The notes beneath the pieces were generated by a model, which saw nothing but the letters and a program-made list of their open reading frames with translations, had not been told where the DNA came from and searched no databases. 64,000 nt of DNA, from positions 636,954 to 700,953 of the forward strand of contig KV454014.1 of the NCBI GenBank assembly GCA_001661245.1. The letters run 5' to 3'. The translations under genes and the position numbers were made by a program. The DNA is from Pachysolen tannophilus NRRL Y-2460 (lineage: Eukaryota). Below, piece by piece: positions 22,859 to 33,665 of this stretch (position 1 is the first letter of the stretch; the number at the start of each line of letters is the position of its first letter).

Positions 22859-24373
22859 CTACAAACTTTTTGTTAATTCCGGATCTACTAATAATTCGTT
22901 GGTTGTTCCAGGATTATTGTTGCCATTATTGACACCTTTCTGTCTTTCTCTTTGTCTTTCTTCCTCTTCCCTCAGCTGTACAGCATTGGCCTCTGCTGCA
23001 ACCTCAGCAATATCATATTGTTGATCAGTGGGATCATCATTATTTTTATTCTCATTGTTATTGTTATCAGAATTTGAATGATTAGATACTATTGATTTTT
23101 CCAGTTGTGATAAAACTTTTGCTTCATTTTCTGAAAATTCTGTATATTCTTTTAAAAAATTCATAATTTTTTTAGAAATATTAGTAATATTTTCATCATT
23201 AACAGTACTATCATTACTAAATTTCAAATATTCTTTTAAAATATCCAATTTTTTATTTTTACTTCTTGTCAATGTTACATTTATATGGAAATCATAAATT
23301 TCCAAATTTTTATTTGTTATTAACAAATATTTGAAATTAAACATTTCATTATTAGTTGATAAATCATCAATATTAAATTTAGGGAAATAAACGAAAAATT
23401 TACTTGGATCTTGACATTCGATTGTTATAATAATTTCTTGTGGCTTTAAAATTGATGGACCATCATCTAGTTTTCTTTTTCTACCTCTTTTTTGAAGAGA
23501 ATTTTCTCTTTTCAGCAATTTTGTGGAATCAATACCGATTGTTGATAATAAATCCGGATTAGCCGAACTACCACCACCATTACCGCCACTATTAACACCT
23601 CCACCACTACTACTACTATTGGAACCATGAGCTCCACGACCAGTATTATCATTATTATCTATTAATTCTGTTTCAATTACCCTTAACCCTTCTTCATTTA
23701 ATATAATTTCTTCCTTTTCATCTAATCCAAGATATTTTTTAAAATCACTTTCAAATTCATTTTTTTTCAATTTGAAACAACAATCTAAATGATTTAATTC
23801 TTGACAAAAATTTGAAACTGTATATTTTCTATTAATTTTTTTCCCACCAAGAGTCATATCTGGTGTAGAAGAAGTTGAATTATCAACTGTAACAGGTAAT
23901 GTAATTATTTCATCATGATTATGATTCATAACAATTGGTTTTAAAATCCATAATTTTTTACGCTGTTTATATTGTAATTCGGCTTTAAAAGGACATTGAC
24001 ATTTATGTTTTTGAGCATCATTAAATTGTTGACCTAATTCTCTTGTCTTTGAAGACAGTAAATTTGTCCCATTATTACTATTACTTTTATTTACACCATG
24101 CCTTGAACATAATAATATAACTCTTTTTGAATCATTCTTATTAGTAACTACTTTATAACCATGTTTCAAAGAGAAAAATTTAACAAATTCAATCAACACC
24201 CTTTTATCTCTACCATAAATCAAGGGCGGAGGCGAAAGCTTTGTAGCATTATAATTTGCACTATTTAATATTAAATTATAATTTTGTAAAGTTAATTGAT
24301 GTTGTGGTGTAGTCGCGACATTTATATTTGTTTGATATAATTCATTTGAAATACCATCAATTGAAGATGTCAT
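22859..24373 (-). CDS. Putative transcription factor with FAR1/AFT (WRKY-GCM1, MULE-derived) zinc DNA-binding domain
   Basis: FSLKHGYKVV...LLCSRHG...KCQCPFK...KKLWIL...HNH; KRGRKRK basic motif; no DDE transposase core evident. Confidence 0.75.
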   Translation of the reverse strand: MTSSIDGISNELYQTNINVATTPQHQLTLQNYNLILNSANYNATKLSPPPLIYGRDKRVLIEFVKFFSLKHGYKVVTNKNDSKRVILLCSRHGVNKSNSNNGTNLLSSKTRELGQQFNDAQKHKCQCPFKAELQYKQRKKLWILKPIVMNHNHDEIITLPVTVDNSTSSTPDMTLGGKKINRKYTVSNFCQELNHLDCCFKLKKNEFESDFKKYLGLDEKEEIILNEEGLRVIETELIDNNDNTGRGAHGSNSSSSGGGVNSGGNGGGSSANPDLLSTIGIDSTKLLKRENSLQKRGRKRKLDDGPSILKPQEIIITIECQDPSKFFVYFPKFNIDDLSTNNEMFNFKYLLITNKNLEIYDFHINVTLTRSKNKKLDILKEYLKFSNDSTVNDENITNISKKIMNFLKEYTEFSENEAKVLSQLEKSIVSNHSNSDNNNNENKNNDDPTDQQYDIAEVAAEANAVQLREEEERQRERQKGVNNGNNNPGTTNELLVDPELTKSL

Positions 24374-24448
24374 TTTTTATTCCAATTAGCAAGAAGAAGA
24401 GTAATAATAATAAAAATAATAATAAAAATAAAGACAAAACCCAAAAAA

Positions 24449-24503
24449 ACACACTCTCACACACACACACTCTCTCACTCACGCACTAACTCACGCACAC
24501 ACT
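24449..24503. repeat. (CA)n/(CT)n microsatellite upstream of the FAR1-type gene
   Basis: acacactctcacacacacacactctctcactcacgcactaactcacgcacacact. Confidence 0.8.
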
Positions 24504-25101
24504 AACTCAAAAACAAATTGCAAAAATTTTTTATTTTTTTTTAATAAAATAGCTAATTTATTAACGAATAAGTCCAGATAAGCTAAACACACGAACGGAC
24601 AACTAAAAGTATAAACAATAAAATGTTAATAATATTAAGAGAAAAATAAATACCTTTGCCGTCTTAAGCCCCCGATTTTTATGTTTTTTTTTAATTTAAA
24701 AAACTCCTGTTTTTTTTTTCTATTGTAAAAAAATGAAGTGTCATTTTCGTTTTCTTTGGTGAAAAAAACAGAAAAAAAAAAGTAAACAAAAGAGGGAAAA
24801 CAACAAGGGCGGCGGGGTAAGAAGAATGCACGTGATTATGTCGAGCTCCTATTTATTTGTTTTGTTTTTCTAAATTGAGGGCGGTTAAGAGGAGTAGGGG
24901 ACATAATAATATTAGTTCTTATCAATCAATATGTGTGTGGGTGTGTGTGTGTCTGGGTTTAGATGTTTGAAGTACACAAATACGAAACCTTGGTTAATTG
25001 TAATGGCGGTTAGCTGTAATTTTTTTTTTATCTTTAAATTAATTATATGGAATGTAGTTTTAATATGTTGACTTGTAATTTTATTTTGTTGTTTACCGAA
25101 T

Positions 25102-25725
25102 ATGGAGCGCTCTTTTACTAAACAAAATTTGAATGCTTTGCAAAGTTTAATATTGCAACGATCTCATGAATCTACTTGTTTAAAAAAATTATTAATAGGA
25201 AATAAGTCTTGTAAATGTTACAATTTAAGTTCAGAAGAGTTTAGAATCAATTATCTATTGCTCAATGATTCAAATATTAAACTAGGTGATAAGGAAATAC
25301 AATCTCAAAATGATAATAATAATGATGATGACGATAACAAGAATAAAGATACATATCATAAGAGCGTCAAGGTTGATAACAGTATAGACGTATCTAAATT
25401 GGCTGAAAATTTAAAGGAAAAAAATGATTTAAAAATCCATCAAAGGGATGAACACGGGATTTCAATTTTATTTGATTCAAATGATAGTTCGTTATTAGCA
25501 TTAGATAATAATCAACATCATAATCATAATCATAAGCATGAACATGAACCACATGTTTCAATACCTATGATTAAAAATACTAATAATTCAAGGCTAAAGA
25601 TCAAAAATCGAACCCCCCACATCAGATCTAAAACTAATAATAGTTTTAAAACTAGTTGTTCTAAGAAGTCAATGTTAGTTAAAGATTTGAAGTTCCCCAA
25701 ATTGTCAAAGTTGAATAGAAGGTAG
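25102..25725 (+). CDS. Orphan 207-aa protein (possible meiotic, Mam1-like N-terminus)
   Basis: ATG-initiated 624-nt ORF in AT-rich DNA with host-like codon bias; upstream GGCGGTTA x2 and CACAAAT. Confidence 0.7.
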   Translation: MERSFTKQNLNALQSLILQRSHESTCLKKLLIGNKSCKCYNLSSEEFRINYLLLNDSNIKLGDKEIQSQNDNNNDDDDNKNKDTYHKSVKVDNSIDVSKLAENLKEKNDLKIHQRDEHGISILFDSNDSSLLALDNNQHHNHNHKHEHEPHVSIPMIKNTNNSRLKIKNRTPHIRSKTNNSFKTSCSKKSMLVKDLKFPKLSKLNRR

Positions 25726-25895
25726 TGTGTGAAGTTAATACAAAATACAATTGATAATTTAATTTCATGATGTAGAGATAAAAAATTAAAAAAAAACTCA
25801 ACCAACTATAAAGATATTATTAGTCCAAAAAAAAAAAAAATAAGAAAAAGAAAAAGAAAAGAAATTTAAACCAACAACTTTATGGGGACGCAAAA

Positions 25896-27391
25896 ATGAC
25901 AATTGAAGTATGTATGATTTGAAACTAACTGTTTTTTAATTCAATGTACTAACTAACTAACTTTTTTTTTGCCTTTTCCAGAGTTATTCAAAATTTGTAA
26001 TTGATTCACCATTTTTCGAAAGTTTAACAAAACCAATATCTTCAAGACCTGTACCATGGGAAGGTTATGCAAGAAGTAATCAACTCTCAATAGATGAAGC
26101 AGATTCTATGAAAAAACTTGATATTCAAGAAATTCAAGAAAAAATTGATACAATTGATTCTAATGTTGCTTTATATTCAACAAAAGTATTAGCCGTATTA
26201 AATAAATTAGATAGAAATGATGCCATTGAAAATTTATTGGATTTAATTGCTAAAACATATACAGATAATAATACTCGTGGCCCTTTAGTATTACTTAATG
26301 GCTTATTAGAATTAAATAATATTGATTCTTCATTACCTTTTAATACTATAGCTAAATTTTTAGATAATCAAAATGAAACAATTCAAATGTTAAGTTCATA
26401 TGATTTGACTATATTATTGATATCTGCCCCAAAATCAATGAGAATTAGTAATGATATTGTATCAAATTTATTTCAATTGATTACTACTCAATTTCTTGTT
26501 TCAGAAAATAAAAATTTGGTATTTTTCGGTATACAATTATTAAAAGAATTATTATCAATTTCATCATTTAGACATATTTTTTGGTCATTTCAATCAAATT
26601 TTTTCCCTCCATTATATAAATTATTGAACCAAAATTCTACTGATTTACAATTGAGATATTATACTTTATTATCAATCTGGTTATTGAGTTTCAATAAAGA
26701 AATTTCAATTAAATTACCGGAATTATATAAAGATATTATTGCAAAATATTTATCCTTATCAAAAGATTCAGTAAAGGAAAAAATTGTTAGGTTAGCAGTT
26801 TCAACTTTACTGAATTTTATATCTATTCCAAAAAATGAAAATATTATTAAAGTTTTCCTTTATGAAAAAGCTGTTGATATTTTCAATCAATTGATAGAAA
26901 GAAAATGGGCAGATGATGAATTAAAACAAGATTTATCATTGATCTTGACAACTTTGAATGATGCAGTTGTCAATTTAACCACTTTTGATCAATATGAAAT
27001 TGAATTATCTAAAGAACAATTTAATTGGTCCCCTCCACATAAATCTGAAGAATTTTGGATTGAAAATGTTACTAAATTTAAAGAAAATAATTTTAAGATT
27101 TTTGTACAATTAATTAAACTATTACAATTAAGTGAAGATGAACAAGATGCAATTTTCATATTTGAAAGTTTATCAAAAGAACAACAACAACAATTTACTT
27201 TAAATCAAGCAATTATATGTCATGATTTAGGTATGGTTGTTAAACATTTACCCGAATCAATCAAGTTCTTGGAGAAAAACCCTTCGTTAAAATACACGAT
27301 AATGAACTTGATGAACTCTCAGAATGCAGATGTTAAATATGAAGCTTTAAGAACAACTCAAATATTGGTTTCACATAGTTTTACTGTTTGA
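25896..27391 (+). CDS. VMA13: V-ATPase V1 subunit H; exon 1 25896-25907, intron 25908-25981, exon 2 25982-27391
   Basis: ATGACAATTGAA|GTATGT...TACTAACTAACTAAC...CAG|AGT continues in frame (RPVPWEGYARS). Also QLRYYTLLSIWLLSF, VKEKIVR, WSPPHKSEEFWIEN, VKYEAL. Confidence 0.92.
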
Positions 27392-27802
27392 ATCACATTC
27401 TTCTTCTTTTTTTTTCCTTTTATTTTTTCTTTTCTTTTCTTTCATTATTACATTGCTAAACTTACTCTTTACTTAACTGAAATTGAATTTACACATTCTC
27501 TGGAATCAGTTACTAAATAGATTTGATTAAGTAATTGAATAATCTAACTAATTATCAATCTATCTATAACTTGTTCATCTTCTTCTCTATTTTCAATATT
27601 GGATCTCTTGCCATTTGCGGAAACTTCCGTATTTGGAAATTGTTGATTTTATTCAATTTTTTTGAAAATTTTTTAAAAAACGTTTTTTTTTTTTTTCAGT
27701 CAAAGAAAAGTCATAATTTAAGACAGATATAATAGTTCAATATATTAGAATAATCTAGTGAGTCCCACACTTTTGAAGTGATAAAATCTAGAAGATATAA
27801 AA

Positions 27803-29056
27803 ATGTCGTTTATTAATATCTGTCGTGATAATACCGATCCTTTTTACCGTTACAAGATGCCTCCAATCCAGTCAAAGATTGAAGGTAGAGGTAACGGTAT
27901 TAAAACCGCTGTTGTTAATCTGTCAGAAGTTGCAAGAGCATTAGATAGGCCTTCAGCTTATATTATAAAATATTTTGGTATTGAGTTAGGTGCCCAGACT
28001 TCTATAAATGAGCTGACTGAAAGATATTTGGTGAATGGACAGCATGATTCGAATAGACTTCAAGAATTATTAGATGGATTTATTAATAAATTTGTCTTGT
28101 GTGGTGCTTGTAAAAATCCAGAGACTGCAATCATTATAAATAAGGATGATACTTTAACAAGGAATTGTAAAGCTTGTGGTAAGAAGACGCTTATTGATCC
28201 AAGACATAAATTAAATCAATTTATTTTGAAAAATCAAGTTACAAAATCGAAAAAGACTAAAAAATCTGCCACTGCTACTGCTAACGTTGTTGGTGGAGGT
28301 GTTACCATTAGTGATTTGGCTTCAGGTCAAAAGACATCATCTAGAGGTGGATTGGCCGATGATTCTCAGGATAGTGTTAATCAAGATGAAGAATTTTCTG
28401 ATGACGATGAATTAGCTAGAAAGATTAACGCCGAAGCACAAGCTTTACCTGAAGTTGATCCTGTTAAGGATGATGATTGGGCTGTTGATATGTCTGAAGA
28501 AGCTATTGCTAGAAGAGCAAAAGAATTAGAAGGCTTGAGTATTGATGATGCTAAAAAATCTTTAAGCAAATATGAAATATTTGGTGAATGGTTATATAGA
28601 CTGGATAAATCTGATCTTCCATCAGATATTGATATATATAAAAAGGCAAATGAGTTGGAAATAGTCAACAAGTCAAACACTTTAACCGTATTGGCACAAT
28701 GCTTGTTTGATGAAAACATTGAAGATGAAATCACACTTCATCATGGTTTATTAAATAAATTGATCACTTCAGATAAACATGAAAAAGCATTCTTGGGAGG
28801 TTTAGAAAGATTGGTCGGCTTGGATGTACCGGAATTGATCACAAAAGTTCCAAAAATATGCATGGCACTTTATGATAACGATTTAATTAGTGAAGAAACT
28901 TTTATAAAATGGGGGACAACAGTTTCTACAAAATTTGTAAGTGATAAAAAAATCGTTAAAAAAGTTAAAAGAGCCGCTAAACCTTTTATAACTTGGTTAC
29001 AAGAAGCAGAAGAAGATGAAGAAGAAAACGAAAGCAACGATGACGATTCAGAATAA
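27803..29056 (+). CDS. TIF5: Translation initiation factor eIF5
   Basis: DPFYRYKMP, EGRGNGIKT, CGACKNPET...CKACG zinc ribbon, W2 domain ending FITWLQEAEEDEE. Confidence 0.97.
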   Translation: MSFINICRDNTDPFYRYKMPPIQSKIEGRGNGIKTAVVNLSEVARALDRPSAYIIKYFGIELGAQTSINELTERYLVNGQHDSNRLQELLDGFINKFVLCGACKNPETAIIINKDDTLTRNCKACGKKTLIDPRHKLNQFILKNQVTKSKKTKKSATATANVVGGGVTISDLASGQKTSSRGGLADDSQDSVNQDEEFSDDDELARKINAEAQALPEVDPVKDDDWAVDMSEEAIARRAKELEGLSIDDAKKSLSKYEIFGEWLYRLDKSDLPSDIDIYKKANELEIVNKSNTLTVLAQCLFDENIEDEITLHHGLLNKLITSDKHEKAFLGGLERLVGLDVPELITKVPKICMALYDNDLISEETFIKWGTTVSTKFVSDKKIVKKVKRAAKPFITWLQEAEEDEEENESNDDDSE

Positions 29057-29180
29057 GGCAAAAAAAAAACTTACATATATATATATATATACCGTCCTCT
29101 ATTCTCCTGTGTTAATAATATATATATATATAGTTTACTATAGTTTACTAGTATTTTGGTATTTATAGTGTACCGCTTAA

Positions 29181-29286
29181 TGCGCGCGTATTTCAAAAAA
29201 ATTGTTGATATTTTTTAATTTTTTTAATTTTTAATTTTTTTTTCTTTGTTTACATACAAATAACTCATATTTTACATTATAAACAA
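29181..29286 (+). promoter_or_regulatory. Putative cell-cycle elements upstream of BIR1
   Basis: GCGCGT (MCB-like core) near 29184, TTGTTTAC (forkhead) at 29246-29253, TAAACAA (Hcm1/Fkh) at 29280-29286. Confidence 0.45.
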
Positions 29287-29365
29287 AGTGAGTTAAATAT
29301 ATATATATATATATATATATATAATAAAAGTATTATTGTTAATCAATAGGAGAAGGGAAGGTAAA

Positions 29366-32300
29366 ATGCCGCTGAAGAAGAAAGTGAAAGATTCTTTTTA
29401 TTTGAATTATAGGATTTCAACTTTTGAAAATGGCGCTACTGTTGGAAGGTCTAAAAAATTGGTACATTGGTTGTATTCAACAAATTTAAAAAAAGATATG
29501 TTAAGTAGATTAGGGTTTTTCTTTACTCCAACACAACAACATAAAGATCAAATAACATGTTGCAATTGTTTGAAAAAAGAATATGATTTATCGAAATTAA
29601 CAGAGACCGAGGTGCTGATAAGGCATTTAAAACAATCACCGAATTGTGAAAGTATAAAATTATTACTTTTCTTAATAACAAATAAAGATCCATCATCAAT
29701 GTTATTGGATCCATTTAGTGAACAATCGATTAATTTGAGAATGCATTCTTTCCAGAATTGGCCTCATAAGAAACCAGAACCAAAGAGTTTATGTGAAGCA
29801 GGGTTTATATATCAGCCCACTGTAAAAGATGATGATACCACTGTGTGTTTATATTGTGGATGTTCTTTAGAAGGATGGCAAGAAGGTGATGATCCAATGG
29901 AAGAACATAAGATAAGAAGTGGAAATTGTTCAATAGTAAATGTAAAAGTTGTGGATAGTGAAGGTAGCGATGAAAGTGATTTATCAATTAGTTTCCAAGA
30001 TGATCATGCTCATCAACAACATGAAGATATTTCAGATCAAGATTATGAAGAATCAAGTCAAAAGAAAGTATCAACTCTGAAGCATTCATCATTTTTCAGT
30101 AATAGATCAAAAACATATGGTTCTTCCAAGATATTGAAAAATAAATTGATGACCAGTAGTCAAAATTCTAGTTTTAATTTTATTGCTGAATCAACGGTTA
30201 ATCATAAGAATACTCAAAAGGAAGCAGAAAGATCAATTGACAATGTAGCACATATAAAGAAAGAACAGATTGAAAAGGACAACACAAAATATAATCAAGA
30301 AGAAGAAGAAGAAGATGTTTTTGAATTTAAAGATGATGACGATGAAGAACAACAACCTATAAGTCGTTCTGTATCTCTATTGAAAAACAACAATCTTTCA
30401 GTGCCATCTTCGAAAAAATCGAAAAAGATTAATTCTGATAATTCTCAAAGTTTGGTGTCAGGAAAGGTATCAGGAAAAACTAGAGAAATGAAATCTGCTG
30501 AAAATACAAAACGTAAAAACAATGATATGGTAGCTTCTGATGATAAAGATAATACAGATACTATTCCGGAAAACAAACGCAAACGAAAATCACCTCAGCC
30601 ATCATCTCTGACTCATCAAATTCAAGAAACCATAGAAAGTAAAGATACATTAGAATACAATAAGGAGCTGTCAAATATTTCAGGTGCTTATATAGAGGTC
30701 CAGAAACCCAAAGAGCAAACCAGTGATTATAAAAAGAATACAAGCTCTGAAGCAGAGAATCATGTCTCCATTGGAAAAGTTCACCATTCTTCATCACCTT
30801 CTATAGAAGAGATAAATGAGTTAAACGTAGAAACTAAACTAGACAAATCAGATGAAAAATTTAATAATTCTAATTCTATATCACAGAAAAAATCCCAAAA
30901 GAGAAAATCCTCAAAATTAAATAATAAGCTTGAAGCAGGCCGTAAGAAGTTGAAATCGAAAAAAAATGAAACTACCGTCACTACAGAGGTTCTGCTACCG
31001 ACAAAAAGAGATTCACCAAAAGCTGTCAACGCGGATTTTTTGACATCTGAAAAAGAGTTTGAAGAGCTTTCCTCAAGAGTGGATAAGGAACTACAAGATA
31101 TTGAAAATGGAATTTTTTCATCTCCTGTAAAATCCTTAAAACTGAAAAGCGAAATGCAGGAACATCGGGTTAGTTCATCGGACTCTATGTTAATACAGGA
31201 AACTACAGGTCTTTCAAAAAGGAATTCCATTCTTCGACCAAGATCATTGTCCAAAAGAAATTCAAGTAGTGGTGCTCTCATAGACATTGATATGAACAGC
31301 CGTAGTGGTGATAATTATAATGATTCAATGACTACAAAACATAAGCTACTGAAGAGACGTAAGTCTCTGATTAGTGACAAAGAAAATGAGATTTCTGTTC
31401 TTGCAACCACTGCTAGCTCTACCAATGCTCAGAAACCTGTTAAGGAATCTTCCCAAGATGTAGCACAGAAGAATGGTCCGACAGATCATAGCCAGACCAA
31501 CTTAATTGAAACTAAAGTCGAGCAAAAAGTTCGAAAACAAAAAAATAATCTGTCAAAATCACCAATCAAAAGCCAAAAGATAGATGAACCATCTCTGAAG
31601 ACGAAAACAAGTACTAAAAAGTTGAAAAAAACAGAAGTCAAAGAAAAACTGAAATCAAGATCAAGCTCGCCAATAAAATTGAATAAATTAATTGATGAGG
31701 CTGATAATAATAATGGGGTTGATCACGACATTTTCAGCGACATAATACGTTCTCCAATCAGGAAAAAGACTAAATTTGCTTTATTTGATGATTTGCAGGA
31801 TTTAAATATTGCAGGAGATTCAATTCCTAGGCTAACAAAAGAAACCGAAAAGGATCAAACCAACACTAAGAATTCAGATCTATCTCCATCTAAAGTTGAG
31901 AAAGAAGAAAGCACTACAGTTTTTAATGCAGATCAATTTTCTGAGGAAGAAACTGTACACGCAATTCGAAAAAAGAAGAACAATGCTGTATTATCTTCAG
32001 ATGGGGAAGACATGCATTTTTCTCCGGAGGATGCCTCTGATGCTGATGTTAATCCGAAAATCGAAAATAAACAGTCTTCAGGATTATCCGAAGAAAAAAA
32101 TTTAAAACAGATTACAATTACAACTAGTCCGTTGACTACGTTAAAGGATACAGATGAGGCTAACGACAAAACTGTTCAAAAAGTATCACATTTATCACCT
32201 CCTCTTTCACAAGAACAATTTGTAGCTGACACTGAGGATGAAGGGCAAGTTTTATCGGACAAAATTACTGAGGATGAAGGGCAAGTTTTATCGGACAAAA

Positions 32301-33301
32301 TTACTGATGATAAAGTCATCAATCCTGAAGATAGTAATAGTCCTGATCATTTGACAGAAGGCCACTGGGATGATCCAGTTGAGGAGATCGTTCCTATAAC
32401 TGAATTAATTTTGAATTCAAAAGGTAACCTGCTTAAGCAGGAAGATATGAGCGGTAACAAAATGGGTGAAAGTTCTACTGATAAGCTGAAGTATGCGGAT
32501 GTCATAACTGATGAAGGAGTGATAGATGATGATGATGATGTCCCAGCTATCGAAAAGTCATTAAAATCTCCTACTGCTGGAAAAACGTCAGACACATTTG
32601 AGGCTAGTAATGACAGAAACGATGAAGCAGCTAACGATGAGGAAAATTTCCAGCGTAAAGAACAGAAAGATCACATAGAACTCAATAACGCTACTCACGC
32701 TACTCATAATTTGGTAGACATTAGTAAGTCTTTGATTTCAACTACTCCGAAATCACGTTTTAACTCATCCAAAGCATCTCCACATAACTCTTCGACACCT
32801 GATAATGGTGTTGACTCAGCAGATGCGGAAAGCACTCCACTTGGCCTACAAACGTTTCCAGAAGATCACCAAAGTACACGGTCAATCAAAACTGCTTTCA
32901 ATAGATCATCCATGGAGTTCAAGACGGAAGAAGCAATACAGGCAAAAGAGGAGGAAGGGGAAGAGGAAATTACAATGCCTCAATGTGAATGGGTGCCTTC
33001 ATCTTCTGATAAGTTGTTCCAGATTGTATCTGATATCGAACATGCTTCAGATTTTTTACAAAAAATATCGGAAAAAAACTACGAATTAAACGATGACGTA
33101 GATGGTGTATTGACAAACTTTATTGGACAAATGCCTGAAGAAGAATTGGAAATGTCCATCAGAGAATGGTGCTATTATAATGCCAAACAAGCTAAGGATT
33201 TATTGAGTATTAGTTGTGAATCGATGTTACAGGTTTTCAAAGAAGAAAGTGATAGAGCAATGGAGTTCTTAAAAAACCTACCTGTTAAAAATGAAGAGTA
33301 A
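29366..33301 (+). CDS. BIR1: Survivin/Bir1 chromosomal-passenger subunit
   Basis: Two BIR repeats (RISTF...GFFFTP...CCNC...HLKQSPNC; RMHSF...AGFIY...CLYC...W...DDPMEEH...C) and C-terminal FIGQMPEEELEMSIREW. First ATG at 29366. Confidence 0.92.
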   Translation: MPLKKKVKDSFYLNYRISTFENGATVGRSKKLVHWLYSTNLKKDMLSRLGFFFTPTQQHKDQITCCNCLKKEYDLSKLTETEVLIRHLKQSPNCESIKLLLFLITNKDPSSMLLDPFSEQSINLRMHSFQNWPHKKPEPKSLCEAGFIYQPTVKDDDTTVCLYCGCSLEGWQEGDDPMEEHKIRSGNCSIVNVKVVDSEGSDESDLSISFQDDHAHQQHEDISDQDYEESSQKKVSTLKHSSFFSNRSKTYGSSKILKNKLMTSSQNSSFNFIAESTVNHKNTQKEAERSIDNVAHIKKEQIEKDNTKYNQEEEEEDVFEFKDDDDEEQQPISRSVSLLKNNNLSVPSSKKSKKINSDNSQSLVSGKVSGKTREMKSAENTKRKNNDMVASDDKDNTDTIPENKRKRKSPQPSSLTHQIQETIESKDTLEYNKELSNISGAYIEVQKPKEQTSDYKKNTSSEAENHVSIGKVHHSSSPSIEEINELNVETKLDKSDEKFNNSNSISQKKSQKRKSSKLNNKLEAGRKKLKSKKNETTVTTEVLLPTKRDSPKAVNADFLTSEKEFEELSSRVDKELQDIENGIFSSPVKSLKLKSEMQEHRVSSSDSMLIQETTGLSKRNSILRPRSLSKRNSSSGALIDIDMNSRSGDNYNDSMTTKHKLLKRRKSLISDKENEISVLATTASSTNAQKPVKESSQDVAQKNGPTDHSQTNLIETKVEQKVRKQKNNLSKSPIKSQKIDEPSLKTKTSTKKLKKTEVKEKLKSRSSSPIKLNKLIDEADNNNGVDHDIFSDIIRSPIRKKTKFALFDDLQDLNIAGDSIPRLTKETEKDQTNTKNSDLSPSKVEKEESTTVFNADQFSEEETVHAIRKKKNNAVLSSDGEDMHFSPEDASDADVNPKIENKQSSGLSEEKNLKQITITTSPLTTLKDTDEANDKTVQKVSHLSPPLSQEQFVADTEDEGQVLSDKITEDEGQVLSDKITDDKVINPEDSNSPDHLTEGHWDDPVEEIVPITELILNSKGNLLKQEDMSGNKMGESSTDKLKYADVITDEGVIDDDDDVPAIEKSLKSPTAGKTSDTFEASNDRNDEAANDEENFQRKEQKDHIELNNATHATHNLVDISKSLISTTPKSRFNSSKASPHNSSTPDNGVDSADAESTPLGLQTFPEDHQSTRSIKTAFNRSSMEFKTEEAIQAKEEEGEEEITMPQCEWVPSSSDKLFQIVSDIEHASDFLQKISEKNYELNDDVDGVLTNFIGQMPEEELEMSIREWCYYNAKQAKDLLSISCESMLQVFKEESDRAMEFLKNLPVKNEE
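32231..32302 (+). repeat. Perfect in-frame 36-bp tandem duplication in BIR1 (TEDEGQVLSDKI x2)
   Basis: ACTGAGGATGAAGGGCAAGTTTTATCGGACAAAATT at 32231 and 32267. Confidence 0.97.
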
Positions 33302-33665
33302 AAGAGATAAAACTGTTTTCAAAATATCAATTTACGTAATATTAATCGTGTGTGTATAATTACTTTACAAGTTCAGGTCTTGCATTTTTTTTTTTTTTTG
33401 TTAGTTATTGATTATTACTTTATTTTGAAATGCGATTTTTTCATTTTTCTCTTCCAAGTATGATTTCTATATAGTTGAGAGAAATTACAAAAATACGCAT
33501 TAATAAATACCCTCCTAAACTTATTAAATCCAAATATACAGAAAAAAAAATAAAAATAAACATTTATGCCAAAATGGCAAATGGAAATGGTAAATGCTGG
33601 AAAGATAAAAACGATTGAACAAAAAAATTATTAAAATAAAATACAGAGCTCAGCAATAACCTAAT

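Noticed and set aside
28381..28734. Antisense ORFs within real genes (e.g. 30781-31287, 41993-42301, 53141-53500)
   Set aside because: Shadow frames expected from host codon bias
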